Source: an uncultured Gammaproteobacteria bacterium
GTDB lineage: Bacteria; Pseudomonadota; Gammaproteobacteria; JAKDMP01
Assembly (NCBI GenBank): GCA_963843735.1
Contig: CAWJLN010000009.1
Span: 232,182-296,181, forward strand
DNA: 64,000 nt
Reading direction: 5' to 3'
Shown: positions 10,742 through 20,392 of the stretch, in pieces
Numbering within the stretch: position 1 is the stretch's first letter
Layout of the letters: the number at the start of each line of letters is the position of its first letter
Made by a program: the position numbers and the translations under genes
The notes under the pieces: model-generated
The model's database searches: none
Seen by the model: the letters and a program-made list of their open reading frames with translations, nothing else
Told to the model about the DNA's origin: nothing

Positions 10742-12568
10742 CTATTGCCGTTGCGAATTCCTGGTGCTGTCCTTTTCTTCCGCAATAACGGCGAGGAAGG
10801 CGGCGCCGTAGCTTGCGAGCTTTTTGTCGCCCACCCCGTTGAGCGCGAGAAAGTCGGCATCCGTGGCAGGGCGATGCGCGAGCATTTCCCGCAACGTGGC
10901 GTCGGAGAAGATCATGAAGGCAGGCACGCCCTGTTCATCCGCGAGGCGCTTGCGCGTCTCGCGCAACGCTTCCCAGAGTTTGGTATCCGTCGGCGCAATT
11001 TCGGTTGAGGCTTTCCCTCTGCCACTGCGTTTGGGTTGCGGTTTGCGGTCATGGCGCAGACGAACGCTTTGTTCGCCGCGCAGCAAGGCGTCGCCGTCGC
11101 GTCCGAAACGCAGTCCGCCGAAACCGTCCGGATCACTTTCCAGATAGCCACGCGCGACAAGCTGGCGGATCACCGAGCGCCATTGCTTGACCGCGAGCTC
11201 TTCGCCAATGCCGAAGGTGGACAGCCCGGTGTGACCGAAGCGTTCCGCCCGCTCGCTCGTTTCGCCGCGCAGGTGCTCAATCAGGTAGCCCGCGCCGAAG
11301 CGCTGACCCGTGCGATAGATGGCGGAGAGGAGTTTGCGCGCAACCTCGGTTGCATCCCAGGTCTCGGGCGGCACAAGGCAAGTGTCGCAGTTGCCGCAAT
11401 CCTGCGCCGGTTGTTCGCCGAAGTAGCGCAGCAGGTTGATGCGGCGGCAGGTGGCGAGTTCGCAGTAGGCGAGCATCGCATCGAGCTTGCGCCGCTCCAC
11501 CCATTTGCGCTCATCCTTCGCTTCGGACTGCTCGATCATGCGGCGGCGCTGCACCACGTCGCTCAGGCCGTAAAGCATCCAGGCATCGGCGGGCAGTCCG
11601 TCGCGCCCCGCGCGGCCGGTTTCCTGATAATAGCTCTCGATGCTCCCCGGCATATCGAGATGCGCGACGAAGCGCACGTCGGGCTTGTCTATGCCCATGC
11701 CGAAGGCGACTGTAGCGACAATCACGATACCGTCTTCCAACAGGAAACGTCGCTGGTTCCGGTCGCGCAATACATGATCGAGACCGGCGTGATAGGGCAA
11801 GGCCGTGATGCCTTGCGCCGACAGCATCTCCGCCGTGCGCTCGGTCTTCGCCCGCGACAGACAATACACGATGCCCGCCTCGCCGGGATGTTCGTCGCGG
11901 ATGAAGCGCAATAACTGCTGGCTCCCGTTGCCGCGTTCGGCAACCCGATAGCAGATGTTGGGCCGATCGAAGCTGTGAACGAAGATGCGCGCTTCGGGCA
12001 TCCCCAGGCGCTCGACAATTTCCTTGCGCGTCGGCAGATCGGCGGTTGCCGTGAGTGCAATTCGCGGCACACCGGGGAAATGTTCGGAAAGCGCCGCAAG
12101 CTGCAAATACTCGGGACGAAAATCGTGACCCCATTGCGATACGCAGTGCGCCTCGTCAATCGCGATCAATGCGATTTCACAGCGCGCAAGCAATTCCAGG
12201 CAGCGCGGTTGCAGCAGGCGTTCCGGTGCGATGTAAACGAGGTCCAGTTCGCCGTTCAGCATCTGCCGTTCGATGGCCTGCTGCTCGGCGAAATCGAGAC
12301 TCGAATTCAGATAGGCCGCAGCGACGCCGACCTGACGCAACGTCGCAACCTGGTTCGCCATCAGCGAAATCAGCGGCGACACCACCACGCCGATGCCGGG
12401 ACGCAGCAACGCCGGAATCTGGTAACACAGGGATTTGCCGCCGCCGGTCGGCATCAGCACCAGCGCATCGCCACCGCCGGTCAGCGTGGCGACGATCTCC
12501 CGCTGCTGACCGCGAAACCCGGCGTAGCCGAATGTCGTCTTGAGAATGCCTTCGGCGGTTGGGATCAA
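10742..12568 (-). CDS. recQ: ATP-dependent DNA helicase RecQ
   Basis: 608 aa; [17 protein letters not shown], Cys cluster, C-terminal HRDC-like region; TTG start at 12568 in the ORF track. Confidence 0.95.
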   Translation of the reverse strand: MIPTAEGILKTTFGYAGFRGQQREIVATLTGGGDALVLMPTGGGKSLCYQIPALLRPGIGVVVSPLISLMANQVATLRQVGVAAAYLNSSLDFAEQQAIERQMLNGELDLVYIAPERLLQPRCLELLARCEIALIAIDEAHCVSQWGHDFRPEYLQLAALSEHFPGVPRIALTATADLPTRKEIVERLGMPEARIFVHSFDRPNICYRVAERGNGSQQLLRFIRDEHPGEAGIVYCLSRAKTERTAEMLSAQGITALPYHAGLDHVLRDRNQRRFLLEDGIVIVATVAFGMGIDKPDVRFVAHLDMPGSIESYYQETGRAGRDGLPADAWMLYGLSDVVQRRRMIEQSEAKDERKWVERRKLDAMLAYCELATCRRINLLRYFGEQPAQDCGNCDTCLVPPETWDATEVARKLLSAIYRTGQRFGAGYLIEHLRGETSERAERFGHTGLSTFGIGEELAVKQWRSVIRQLVARGYLESDPDGFGGLRFGRDGDALLRGEQSVRLRHDRKPQPKRSGRGKASTEIAPTDTKLWEALRETRKRLADEQGVPAFMIFSDATLREMLAHRPATDADFLALNGVGDKKLASYGAAFLAVIAEEKDSTRNSQRQ

Positions 12569-12646
12569 ACGAACGCCCCAACGACTGCACTTCCCACTGC
12601 AACGATACCGGGAACAGGCGTTGCCGCTCGATCCTTATTGGAGAAT

Positions 12647-13048
12647 CTACACAAGCTTGACACGGGCGCGGCGAGCCGCCTTTCTTAGCGCATCATCCAA
12701 CGTCGCCAGCGGCAATCGCCGACGTTTTGCCAACTCCAGATAAGCCGCATCGTAAACAGAAAGCCGATATTGTCGCGCCAGACCGGACACGCTTCCCCAA
12801 CAGCGCACAGCGCTGACAAGTTCTATTTCCGGAGCGAGGCTATCCAGCAGACTCAATGCATCGGCCAACGCCGGTTCGTCCAGGCGTCCGCGCCGCCGCA
12901 TGACTTCGAGGGCATTGGCCACCTCGAACGGCCATAGAGCCGGCACGACGATTGCTTCCTGCTCAATTGCCTTCATGCTGGAAGGCGAAAGCATTTCGTC
13001 CGGCACAAGCCGCGCCAGCGTCACACTCGCGTCGAGTACAAAGGCCAT
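12647..13048 (-). CDS. vapC: type II toxin, PIN domain (VapC-like)
   Basis: ATG 13048 (MAFVLDASV...); 1-nt overlap with upstream antitoxin stop. Confidence 0.8.
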   Translation of the reverse strand: MAFVLDASVTLARLVPDEMLSPSSMKAIEQEAIVVPALWPFEVANALEVMRRRGRLDEPALADALSLLDSLAPEIELVSAVRCWGSVSGLARQYRLSVYDAAYLELAKRRRLPLATLDDALRKAARRARVKLV

Positions 13049-13320
13049 CAATGACGCCCTTCGTCTATTGCTGCCCTGATATCCTCAAGCGTGACCTTTA
13101 TGCCGGCCGAGTGCAGTCTCTTACGATGGGCATCCACTCTGGCAAGCGCCTTGTGGCGTGCCTCAAGATCGGCGGCGATGCTGACGGGTGCAAGCTCGGC
13201 GACGGGCTCGCCGCGACGGGTAATCGTAAAGCGTTCGCCGCGCCTCACACGCTCAAGCAGTGCCGAAAAATGCGTTTTGGCCTCAAAGAGGCCGATTTGT
13301 GTGTCCACGACAATCACCAT
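13048..13320 (-). CDS. type II antitoxin, Phd/YefM family
   Basis: 90 aa; FEAKTHFSALLERVRRGERFTITRRGEPVAEL typical Phd/YefM N-terminus. Confidence 0.8.
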   Translation of the reverse strand: MVIVVDTQIGLFEAKTHFSALLERVRRGERFTITRRGEPVAELAPVSIAADLEARHKALARVDAHRKRLHSAGIKVTLEDIRAAIDEGRH

Positions 13321-13353
13321 CTAGTCTTTTAACTAGTTCATTATACTCGTTTG

Positions 13354-16300
13354 TCAAAATGCGCCGAAAGCGCCGCCGCCCGGGGTGAGGATTTCGATGG
13401 CGTCGCCGGGCGCGGCTTCGGCGCGGTCCGAATAAGCGAGTTCCTGCACGCTGCCGTCGGCGCGGAGCAGACGGTTGATGCCGGCGGCAGCATCGCCACC
13501 GCCGTTCAAACCGAAGGGCAGGGTTTTCCTGCGGTTGGAGAGGATGGCGACGGTCATCGCCTCGCGGAAACGGATGCGGCGCACGATGCCGTCGCCGCCG
13601 CGCCACTTGCCCACGCCGCCAGAATCCTTGCGAATCGAAAATTGCTCCAGCAGCACCGGATAACGGAATTCGAGTATCTCGGGATCGGTGAGACGACTAT
13701 TGGTCATGTGCGTGTGCACGGCGCTCGCGCCGACGAATCCGTCGCCCGCGCCGGCGCCGCCGGCAAGCGTTTCGTAATGCTGATAGCGTTCGTTGCCGAA
13801 GGAAAGATTGTTCATCGTGCCCTGGCAGGCGGCGAGCGAACCGGTCGCGGCAAACAACGCATCGCACAGACACTGGCTCACCTCGACGTTGCCGGCGACG
13901 ACCGCGGCCGGATATTCCGGCGACAACATCGAGTGCGGCGGAACTTTCATCTCTACGTTTTCGAGGCAGCCGTCGTTGAGCGGAATCGGCTCCTCGACCA
14001 GCACGCGCAGCACATAGAGCACGGCCGCGCGCACGACCGCCGTCGGCGCATTGAAGTTGTCCGGCTGTGTCGCGCTGGTGCCGCTGAAGTCCACGACCGC
14101 GAGCGCCTTGTTTCCGTCCACGCGAAGCGCAACGACGATCTTCGCGCCGTTATCCATGGCGACTTCGTAACGGCCTTCGGGCGGCAGACGCTTGATGAGC
14201 CGGCGCACGGCGCTCGCGGCCTGATCGTTGACGTGGCGCATGTAAGCCTGCACGGTCGCAAGCCCGTACTGCGCAATCAGGCGTTCGAGTTCCGCACGGC
14301 CGCGTTCGTTGGCAGCAACCTGGGCGCGCAGGTCGGCGAGATTCTGTTCGGGCTTGCGCGCCGGGTGCGGATTGTCGGCGAGCACGCGGAGCATTTCGGC
14401 CTCGTCGAAACGCCCGTTCGCAACGAGACGCAGCGGACGGATGAGCACGCCTTCATCCTCGATGCAGCGGCTGTCGGGCGGCATCGAGCCGGGCGTCGCA
14501 CCGCCGAGATCCGCGTGATGCGCCCGCGAGGCGACGAAGAAGTCGGGCATCCTGCTTTCTCCCTCTCCCGCAAGGGGAGAGGGAATTGAACGAGAGTTCT
14601 TATCATTGACGAAGATCGGCGTGACCACGGTGATGTCGGGAAGATGCGTGCCGCCGGCGTAGGGATCGTTCATCACCCAGACTTCGCCCGGCGCCATGCG
14701 TTCGCGCGCTGTAAGCGCGCGCACCGTTTCGCTCATCGCGCCCAGATGCACCGGCATGTGCGGCGCATTGGCGACGAGCGCACCGTCCGGCCCGAACACG
14801 GCGCAGGAAAAATCAAGACGCTCGCGCACGTTGACCGATTGCGCGGACTGGCGCAGCGCCTCACCCATCTGCTCGGCCGTCGTCATGAACAGGCTGCCCA
14901 TCACTTCGAGCAAAATCGGATCGCGCGCCATTGCGACCTCCTTCTCCCTGGATGGGAGAGGGTTGGGGTGAGGGTGAAAAACACCGGCCGTTTTGCGGCC
15001 ATCCCCCTCACCCTTGCCCTCTCCCGCGAGGGGAGAGGGAACGCGGCGAAGGATCAGTCCACCTTCGGCGCCGACTTCGGCGCGCCAGCCGGACTCGACG
15101 ACCGTCGTGGCGGTGTCTTCGATCACGATTGCCGGACCCGTAATGTGCGTGCCGGCCGCAAGCGCGGCGCGACGGTAAAGCGGCACCTCGCGCCAACCGC
15201 CGTCGAACCAGGCACGAACCTGCCCGATCGGTTTGCTCGTATCGCCGACGGATACGTCAACCATCGCCGCGGCGCTCAGGCCACCGCGCGCTTCGATCCG
15301 CACGGCGGCGATCACGATCTCGCGCTCCGGCAGGACGAAGCCGAAATGTCGCCGATGCGCCGCCTCGAAACCATCGCGCAACGCCTGTTCGGAATCAAGC
15401 GGCACGGCAAGCGCTGTTTCGCTGCCGCCGTAACGCAGGAGCGCCGTGCGCGTCACTTCGATGCCCGCCGCGGGCGCACCCTGTTCCGCAACCGCCGCGC
15501 GCGTTTCCGCTTCCAGTTGATCTGCGATCTTGCGCGCCGCATCCAGTCCGTCGGCCAGGGCTTGCTCCACACTCTGTTCGCGCAGCGCCGTGAGGTCGCT
15601 CAAGCCGATGCCGAGCGCGGACAATACGCCCGCATGGGGATGAATGAGGATTTGCTCGATGCCGAGTGCATCGGCGACGGCGCAGGCGTGCTGTCCGCCG
15701 GCGCCGCCGAAGCAGTTGAGCACGCAGCGGCGCGGATCGTGGCCGCGCGCGATGGAGATGCGTTTGATCGCGCCCGCCATGTGCTCGACGGCGATGCCAA
15801 GCGCGCCCGCGGCGATTTCTTCCGCCGCGAGTTTCCGATCCGCGCCTTTGTGCGACGCCTGTGCGAGCGCGGCAAACTTTTCTGCGACCGCATCGCAATC
15901 GAGCGCCTCGTCGCCGTTCCGACCGAACACGCGCGGAAAGTGCTCGGCGCGGATGCGCCCGAGAAACACGTTGCAATCGGTGATGGTAAGCGGGCCGCCG
16001 TTGCGGTAACTTGCCGGTCCGGGATCGGCGCCCGCCGACTCCGGTCCCACGATCAAACGTTCGCCGTCGAAGCCGACGATGGACCCGCCGCCGGCGGCGA
16101 CGGTTTCCATGTCCAGCGCCGCCACCGCGATGCGGTTGCCGGCGATGACGGTTTCGCGTTGACGTTCGTACTCGCCGCCGTAATGACAGACGTCGGTCGA
16201 GGTGCCGCCCATGTCGAAGCCGATGACGCGCTTGAAACCCGCCGCGCGCGCCGTTTCGACCGCGCCGACGACGCCGCCCGCCGGCCCCGAAAGCAGCGCC

Positions 16301-17079
16301 TGGCAGGCGGTGAACGCGGCCGGCGCGGCAAGCCCGCCGTCGGACTTCATGAACAGCAGGCGCACGCCAGGCAGCGACTCGGAAAGATGGCGCGTATAGC
16401 GACGCAAAAGCGGTTGCAGATAAGCCTCCGTCACCGTCGTTTCCGCCCGCGGCAGATAGCGGATGAGCGGGCTCACTTCATGCGAGACGACGACGGTCTC
16501 GAAACCCGCCGCGCGTGCAAGTTCGGCGACACGCCGCTCCTGCGCCGGATGGCGCCAGGCGTGCATGAGACAAATCGCGCAACTCGTACAGCCCGCCTTG
16601 CGCGCCGCTGCCAGTCCGTGCCGCGCGGCGGCTTCGTCCAGCGCCGCAAGTTCGCCGCCTTCGGCATCGAGACGCAGCAAAACTCCAAGCACTCGACTGT
16701 AAAGCGGTTCGTGCTTCCTGATTTCGAGCGCGAAAAGATCGGGGCGCGCCTGATCGCGGATGAGAAGCGCATCCTCCAACCCGGCGTTGGTGACGAAGAG
16801 CGTCGGCGCGCCCTTGCGCTCCAGCAGCGCATTGGTCGCGACCGTCGTGCCGACACGCAGCTCGGCGATGCGATCGAGCGGAAGCGCCGCCTCGGCATCC
16901 ACGCCGAGCAGGCGGCGGATGCCCGCGATCACGGCGTCCTCGCCGCGGCCGGGATCGTTCGAGAGCAGCTTTGCCGCGCGCAGCGCGCCGTCGGGTGCGC
17001 GGCCGATCACGTCGGTAAACGTGCCGCCGCGATCTATCCAGAACCGCCAGCGCAAATCCTGATTGTCCGTTTCGCTCAT
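13354..17079 (-). CDS. 5-oxoprolinase (ATP-hydrolysing), fused hydantoinase A / B domains
   Basis: 1241 aa; N-terminal WRFWIDRGGTFTD (HyuA type), C-terminal FFVASRAHHADLGG (HyuB type). Contains two REP-derived in-frame insertions and an internal GGAGG-N7-ATG at 14931. Confidence 0.9.
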   Translation of the reverse strand: MSETDNQDLRWRFWIDRGGTFTDVIGRAPDGALRAAKLLSNDPGRGEDAVIAGIRRLLGVDAEAALPLDRIAELRVGTTVATNALLERKGAPTLFVTNAGLEDALLIRDQARPDLFALEIRKHEPLYSRVLGVLLRLDAEGGELAALDEAAARHGLAAARKAGCTSCAICLMHAWRHPAQERRVAELARAAGFETVVVSHEVSPLIRYLPRAETTVTEAYLQPLLRRYTRHLSESLPGVRLLFMKSDGGLAAPAAFTACQALLSGPAGGVVGAVETARAAGFKRVIGFDMGGTSTDVCHYGGEYERQRETVIAGNRIAVAALDMETVAAGGGSIVGFDGERLIVGPESAGADPGPASYRNGGPLTITDCNVFLGRIRAEHFPRVFGRNGDEALDCDAVAEKFAALAQASHKGADRKLAAEEIAAGALGIAVEHMAGAIKRISIARGHDPRRCVLNCFGGAGGQHACAVADALGIEQILIHPHAGVLSALGIGLSDLTALREQSVEQALADGLDAARKIADQLEAETRAAVAEQGAPAAGIEVTRTALLRYGGSETALAVPLDSEQALRDGFEAAHRRHFGFVLPEREIVIAAVRIEARGGLSAAAMVDVSVGDTSKPIGQVRAWFDGGWREVPLYRRAALAAGTHITGPAIVIEDTATTVVESGWRAEVGAEGGLILRRVPSPLAGEGKGEGDGRKTAGVFHPHPNPLPSREKEVAMARDPILLEVMGSLFMTTAEQMGEALRQSAQSVNVRERLDFSCAVFGPDGALVANAPHMPVHLGAMSETVRALTARERMAPGEVWVMNDPYAGGTHLPDITVVTPIFVNDKNSRSIPSPLAGEGESRMPDFFVASRAHHADLGGATPGSMPPDSRCIEDEGVLIRPLRLVANGRFDEAEMLRVLADNPHPARKPEQNLADLRAQVAANERGRAELERLIAQYGLATVQAYMRHVNDQAASAVRRLIKRLPPEGRYEVAMDNGAKIVVALRVDGNKALAVVDFSGTSATQPDNFNAPTAVVRAAVLYVLRVLVEEPIPLNDGCLENVEMKVPPHSMLSPEYPAAVVAGNVEVSQCLCDALFAATGSLAACQGTMNNLSFGNERYQHYETLAGGAGAGDGFVGASAVHTHMTNSRLTDPEILEFRYPVLLEQFSIRKDSGGVGKWRGGDGIVRRIRFREAMTVAILSNRRKTLPFGLNGGGDAAAGINRLLRADGSVQELAYSDRAEAAPGDAIEILTPGGGAFGAF
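14560..14584. repeat. REP hairpin inside the oxoprolinase CDS
   Basis: TCCCTCTCCC-gcaag-GGGAGAGGGA, perfect 10-bp stem; translated in frame as IPSPLAGEGES. Confidence 0.8.
14942..15040. repeat. pair of inverted REP units (BIME-like) inside the oxoprolinase CDS at the HyuA/HyuB junction
   Basis: CTCCC-tggat-GGGAGAGGGTTGGGGTGAGGGTG ... CCCCCTCACCCTTGCCCTCTCCC-gcgag-GGGAGAGGG; translated as SPLAGEGKGEGDGRKTAGVFHPHPNPLPSREKE. Confidence 0.8.
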
Positions 17080-17117
17080 GACACTATTATCCGGCAGAAA
17101 TACTTTTGGTTTTTCCT

Positions 17118-17490
17118 CTTGAGGAAGAGTTCATTTCTTACACCCTCTCTCCCCTTGCGGAAGAGTTCATTTCTTATGCCCCCTCTCCCCTTGCGGGAGA
17201 GGGTTGGGGTGAGGGGTATCGCCGCGCAGCGGCGAAAACGAACCGATCACCCTTGCCGCAATCCCCTTGCGGAAGAGTTCATTTCTTATGCCCCCTCTCC
17301 CCTTGCGGGAGAGGGTTGGGGTGAGGGGTATTGCCGCACAGCGGCGAAAACGAACCGATCACCCTTGCCGCAATCCTCTTGCGGAAGGGTTCACTTCTTA
17401 TGCCCCCTCTCCCCTTGCGGGAGAGGGTTGGGGTGAGGGGTATCGCCGCACAGCGGCGAAAACGAACCGATCACCCTTGCCGCAATCCTC
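17118..17490. repeat. tandem repeat, 112-bp unit x about 3.3
   Basis: Units start at 17155, 17267, 17379 (TTGCGGAAGAGTTCATTTCTTATGCC...), with a 37-bp partial copy at 17118. Each unit has the REP hairpin CCCTCTCCCC-ttgc-GGGAGAGGG + TTGGGGTGAGGGG and a CGCCGC-N3-GCGGCG hairpin. Confidence 0.9.
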
Positions 17491-17517
17491 TCCGATCCAG
17501 AGCGAGGAAGAAGGCAA

Positions 17518-18045
17518 TCACGGGCAAGCCCGTTCCTGCTTTTCCTCGTTGCGGGGTTCGCCGACGATGTCACGGAAGAGGGTGGATTCGCGTTGGTAGA
17601 AACCTTCGGTGTGGAAGGATTCGGGAAGACGAAAACCCTCGAAGTCGAGATGATGGCACAACTCGTGGACAAGCGTGCGCAGGAAGGTGCGGAAGGCGAC
17701 TACCTGACGGCGGCGCGCCGTGTACATCCACAGCGTGATCTCGGCGGGCTCGCCCTCCTCTTCGCCCGCGTAGAGGCCGTGATATTCCGAGCCCGCGCGC
17801 TCCGGACGCTTGCGTTTGACGACGATGCGTACCGGCGGCAATTTGAGCGCGGCGACGAAGCCGTCGGCGACCGTCTGCGCAGCATTGCCGACGGCGCGCT
17901 GTCCGCCCGCTTCAAGTGCCGCCCGCAAAGCCTCGATCGGCGATGCAAAGGCCGCGGCGTCCAGACGAGGCGCGGCGAGCGCGACGCTCCGATTGTAGAT
18001 GCGCTTGCCCCGCTCAGATAACCGGCCGTAATACCCGAACACCAT
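17518..18045 (-). CDS. hypothetical protein with HExxH metallohydrolase-like motif
   Basis: 175 aa; VHELCHHLDFEGF (HExxH); no family confidently recognised. Confidence 0.5.
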   Translation of the reverse strand: MVFGYYGRLSERGKRIYNRSVALAAPRLDAAAFASPIEALRAALEAGGQRAVGNAAQTVADGFVAALKLPPVRIVVKRKRPERAGSEYHGLYAGEEEGEPAEITLWMYTARRRQVVAFRTFLRTLVHELCHHLDFEGFRLPESFHTEGFYQRESTLFRDIVGEPRNEEKQERACP

Positions 18046-18172
18046 AACCCGTCTTCGTCATACCGGCGAAGGCCGGTATCCAGTAAAGATGATAAATCCC
18101 CTGCCCTGGATCGGGGTACTTCTCAAACTGGAATCCGGCTTTTGCCGGGGCGACAACCCAGGCGACACCCGC

Positions 18173-19192
18173 CTACGAATCCAGCGGGCTTCGCACGCCC
18201 CGCCCGCCTCGGTTGAGCACGTGCGTATAAATCATGGTCGTCTCGACGTTCTTGTGCCCCAGCAATTCCTGCACGGTGCGGATGTCGTAGCCGGACTCGA
18301 GAACATGCGTAGCAAAGGAATGCCGCAACACGTGCGGCGAAACCGGCTTCGTCAAACCGGCCCGCTTGGCCGCACTCCTCACGGTGCGTTGCACCTGCTG
18401 CTCGCTCAGGTGATGGCGCCTCACGGCACCCGAGCGCGGATCGGTCGAAAAACGGGCGGCAGCGAACACATACTGCCAGGCCCATTCACCCGCCGCCCTG
18501 GGATATTTACGCGCCAGCGCATGCGGAAGCCACACGTTGGCCCGTGCTTGCGCCCGGTCGCGTTCGTAGACCGAACGCCGCACCGTCAAATGCGCGCGCA
18601 GCGGCTCCGCCAAGGTCTGCGGCAACACGGTGACCCGATCCTTCGCGCCCTTGCCGTCGCGCACGAGTATTTCCCCGCGCGACAAATCGAGGTCTTTCAC
18701 CCGCAGCCGAACGCCTTCCATCAAACGCATCCCCGTGCCGTAGAGCAGCCGGGCGATCAGCCCCGGCTCGTCGGCCGGCAACTCGTCCAGCAGGCGCCGC
18801 ACCTCCGAACGCGAGAGCACGACCGGACGCCGCTGCGGCTTCTTGGCCCGCGTAATGCCGTCCAGCCACGGCAAATCCACGCCGAGCACCTCCCGGTACA
18901 GAAACAGAAGGGCCGAGAGCGCCAGGTTCTGCGTACTCGCCGCCACATTCTGCTGCACCGCCAGGTCGCTCAGAAACGCCTCGATCTCGACCGCCCCCAT
19001 CTCGCGCGGATGGCACTTGCCGTGAAAAAGAATGAAGCGTTTGATCCAATGGATATAGGACTGCTCCGTCCGCAGACTGTAGTGTCGCTTGCGGATTTCG
19101 GATCGGACCTGATCGAGCAATTTGGGAGCGTTTTTATTTTCGAATGAATGACTTACAGGAACTTTTGACGCGTTTCTTTTCGTTGATTCCAC
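18173..19192 (-). CDS. intI: integron integrase
   Basis: 339 aa; tyrosine recombinase boxes ([37 protein letters not shown]) plus IntI-specific insertion [38 protein letters not shown]; GTG start. Confidence 0.95.
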   Translation of the reverse strand: MESTKRNASKVPVSHSFENKNAPKLLDQVRSEIRKRHYSLRTEQSYIHWIKRFILFHGKCHPREMGAVEIEAFLSDLAVQQNVAASTQNLALSALLFLYREVLGVDLPWLDGITRAKKPQRRPVVLSRSEVRRLLDELPADEPGLIARLLYGTGMRLMEGVRLRVKDLDLSRGEILVRDGKGAKDRVTVLPQTLAEPLRAHLTVRRSVYERDRAQARANVWLPHALARKYPRAAGEWAWQYVFAAARFSTDPRSGAVRRHHLSEQQVQRTVRSAAKRAGLTKPVSPHVLRHSFATHVLESGYDIRTVQELLGHKNVETTMIYTHVLNRGGRGVRSPLDS

Positions 19193-19287
19193 TCTTGCCG
19201 CCGATATGCTATGATTCGGCCATGATTATACGTCACATTTCCAGATTAGATGTCGCTTCGACATCTAGTTAGCGTTGGGCGTTAAGG
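19193..19287 (+). other. attI region (integrase-proximal recombination site)
   Basis: Between intI start and first cassette ORF: perfect palindrome TAGATGTCG-ctt-CGACATCTA (19247-19267) directly followed by three GTT cores (GTTAGCG 19268, GTTGGGC 19274, GTTAAGG 19281). Exact crossover point not determinable. Confidence 0.5.
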
Positions 19288-19294
19288 GGGCAAC

Positions 19295-19687
19295 ATGCGT
19301 AACAGGGCAGCAGTCATATTCTTCGCGGCTCTCGTTCCTTTTCCCGTATTTGCATCATCAACTTGGCCGCCCACGGTCAAGGACATTAAGCAATGTCGGG
19401 GTAACCCGAGTGTTGTTGCGCCATGTTTTCCCGTTCACGGTCGGCTGTTTCTGGCAAATGGTGCGCCGGGCCTGCGGATTTGGCATGTCGGCACAAAGCG
19501 AATTCTTGGGATCCTGACAAACGATCACCCAATAATACCTCCTGGGATTCGCAAGCATTTGGCGATTGGCGTTAGGATTTACGCCAATTTTGAAGTATGC
19601 CCCTTCACGAAATCAAAACCTGGATCGAATGCAGTACGTTTGCGTACAAAGCGCATCTCATATCGTCTTACAGGATTATCGCGATGA
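19295..19687 (+). CDS. cassette 1 ORF: secreted protein of unknown function
   Basis: 130 aa; signal peptide MRNRAAVIFFAALVPFPVFASS; AAGGGGG upstream of ATG; followed by attC. Confidence 0.6.
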   Translation: MRNRAAVIFFAALVPFPVFASSTWPPTVKDIKQCRGNPSVVAPCFPVHGRLFLANGAPGLRIWHVGTKRILGILTNDHPIIPPGIRKHLAIGVRIYANFEVCPFTKSKPGSNAVRLRTKRISYRLTGLSR

Positions 19688-19735
19688 GCGCAAGAAGCCA
19701 AAAATAACTGTCTTGCGGGGCACATATACACTCGC

Positions 19736-19795
19736 GCCCAACAGTTCATCCAAGCGGACGCGCTAACCGCGCGCCGCTTAATTTATGCGTTAGGC
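19736..19795 (+). other. attC site 1 (60 bp)
   Basis: R'' GCCCAAC (19736-19742) ... AAGCGG/CCGCTT inner arms ... R' GTTAGGC (19789-19795). Confidence 0.8.
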
Positions 19796-19807
19796 TTAGG
19801 AGGGGAC

Positions 19808-20314
19808 ATGCTTGGACTGGTTCTAATCGCGGCGTCAACAGTTTGGCTGCCTGCTCAAGAATCGACTTCAAAGCCCTTCGCTTCTCAGGTGCCTGGATTA
19901 TCGGCGCAACTATGCCTGGAACGACTTGAAGACAGCGGTGCAATGAATGGACATCCCAGTTGGGTTGACGTCTATAACAAGCTTGACGAACCCTACGCGG
20001 ATTACAGTGTCGCGCTATCCGGTGGTCAAGCAGCTTGCGTTTTCCTCTTGCCCGGACGTTACACCATCATCGCCAGTTCCAATAAATTCGATTCGCCAAT
20101 ATCCCCTAACAAAAAGGAATGTAAGTCGTCACCTTACAAGGTGACCATAAAGGCTAGAGAAAGAATCACCTTGGATGTGTGGCCTGCGCTATCGCAGTCA
20201 AACGGTGGAGGCTATAGCAACTGCGGTTGGGATGTACTCCCTCGCGGGAAACCTCAATCCGGCAACTGTATGGTTTGGCCTGATCAAGTGGGGTGTGGTA
20301 ATGCCTCCAAGTAG
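19808..20314 (+). CDS. cassette 2 ORF: secreted Cys-containing protein of unknown function
   Basis: 168 aa; AGGAGGGG SD; hydrophobic N-terminus MLGLVLIAASTVWLPAQ; strand-rich (LLPGRYTIIASSNKF...YKVTIKARERITLDV). Confidence 0.65.
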   Translation: MLGLVLIAASTVWLPAQESTSKPFASQVPGLSAQLCLERLEDSGAMNGHPSWVDVYNKLDEPYADYSVALSGGQAACVFLLPGRYTIIASSNKFDSPISPNKKECKSSPYKVTIKARERITLDVWPALSQSNGGGYSNCGWDVLPRGKPQSGNCMVWPDQVGCGNASK

Positions 20315-20323
20315 CAAATTTCA

Positions 20324-20383
20324 GCCTAACAAATCGTTCAAGCGGACGCGCATACTGCGCGCCGCTTATCTCAAGCGTTAGGC
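20324..20383 (+). other. attC site 2 (60 bp)
   Basis: R'' GCCTAAC (20324-20330) ... R' GTTAGGC (20377-20383); same sequence family as attC1 (CAAGCGGACGCGC...GCGCGCCGCTTA). Confidence 0.8.
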
Positions 20384-20392
20384 CTTACAATT

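Noticed and set aside
14644-17436. 930-aa plus-strand ORF
   Set aside because: It is antisense to the well-supported oxoprolinase gene. The translation is Arg/Ala/His-rich and low-complexity, typical of shadow ORFs in high-GC DNA, and it also runs through the tandem repeats.
17118-17490. Possible CRISPR array
   Set aside because: The 112-bp units are directly adjacent with no unique spacers, and no cas genes are present. This is a tandem REP array.
17106-17599. Small ORFs encoding SPLAGEGWGEG / PLPLRERVGVRG peptides
   Set aside because: They are translations of the tandem REP units, repeat with the DNA period, and have no start context.
19193-19290. LexA box or explicit Pc/Pint promoters in the intI-attI region
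   Set aside because: I looked for a CTGT-N8-ACAG-type box and for well-spaced -35/-10 hexamers and found none convincing by eye.
19566-19766. Alternative frame at the 3' end of cassette 1 as evidence of a frameshift
   Set aside because: Both frames stay open and no homologue is available to me, so I cannot decide which one is real. I noted this as uncertainty only.
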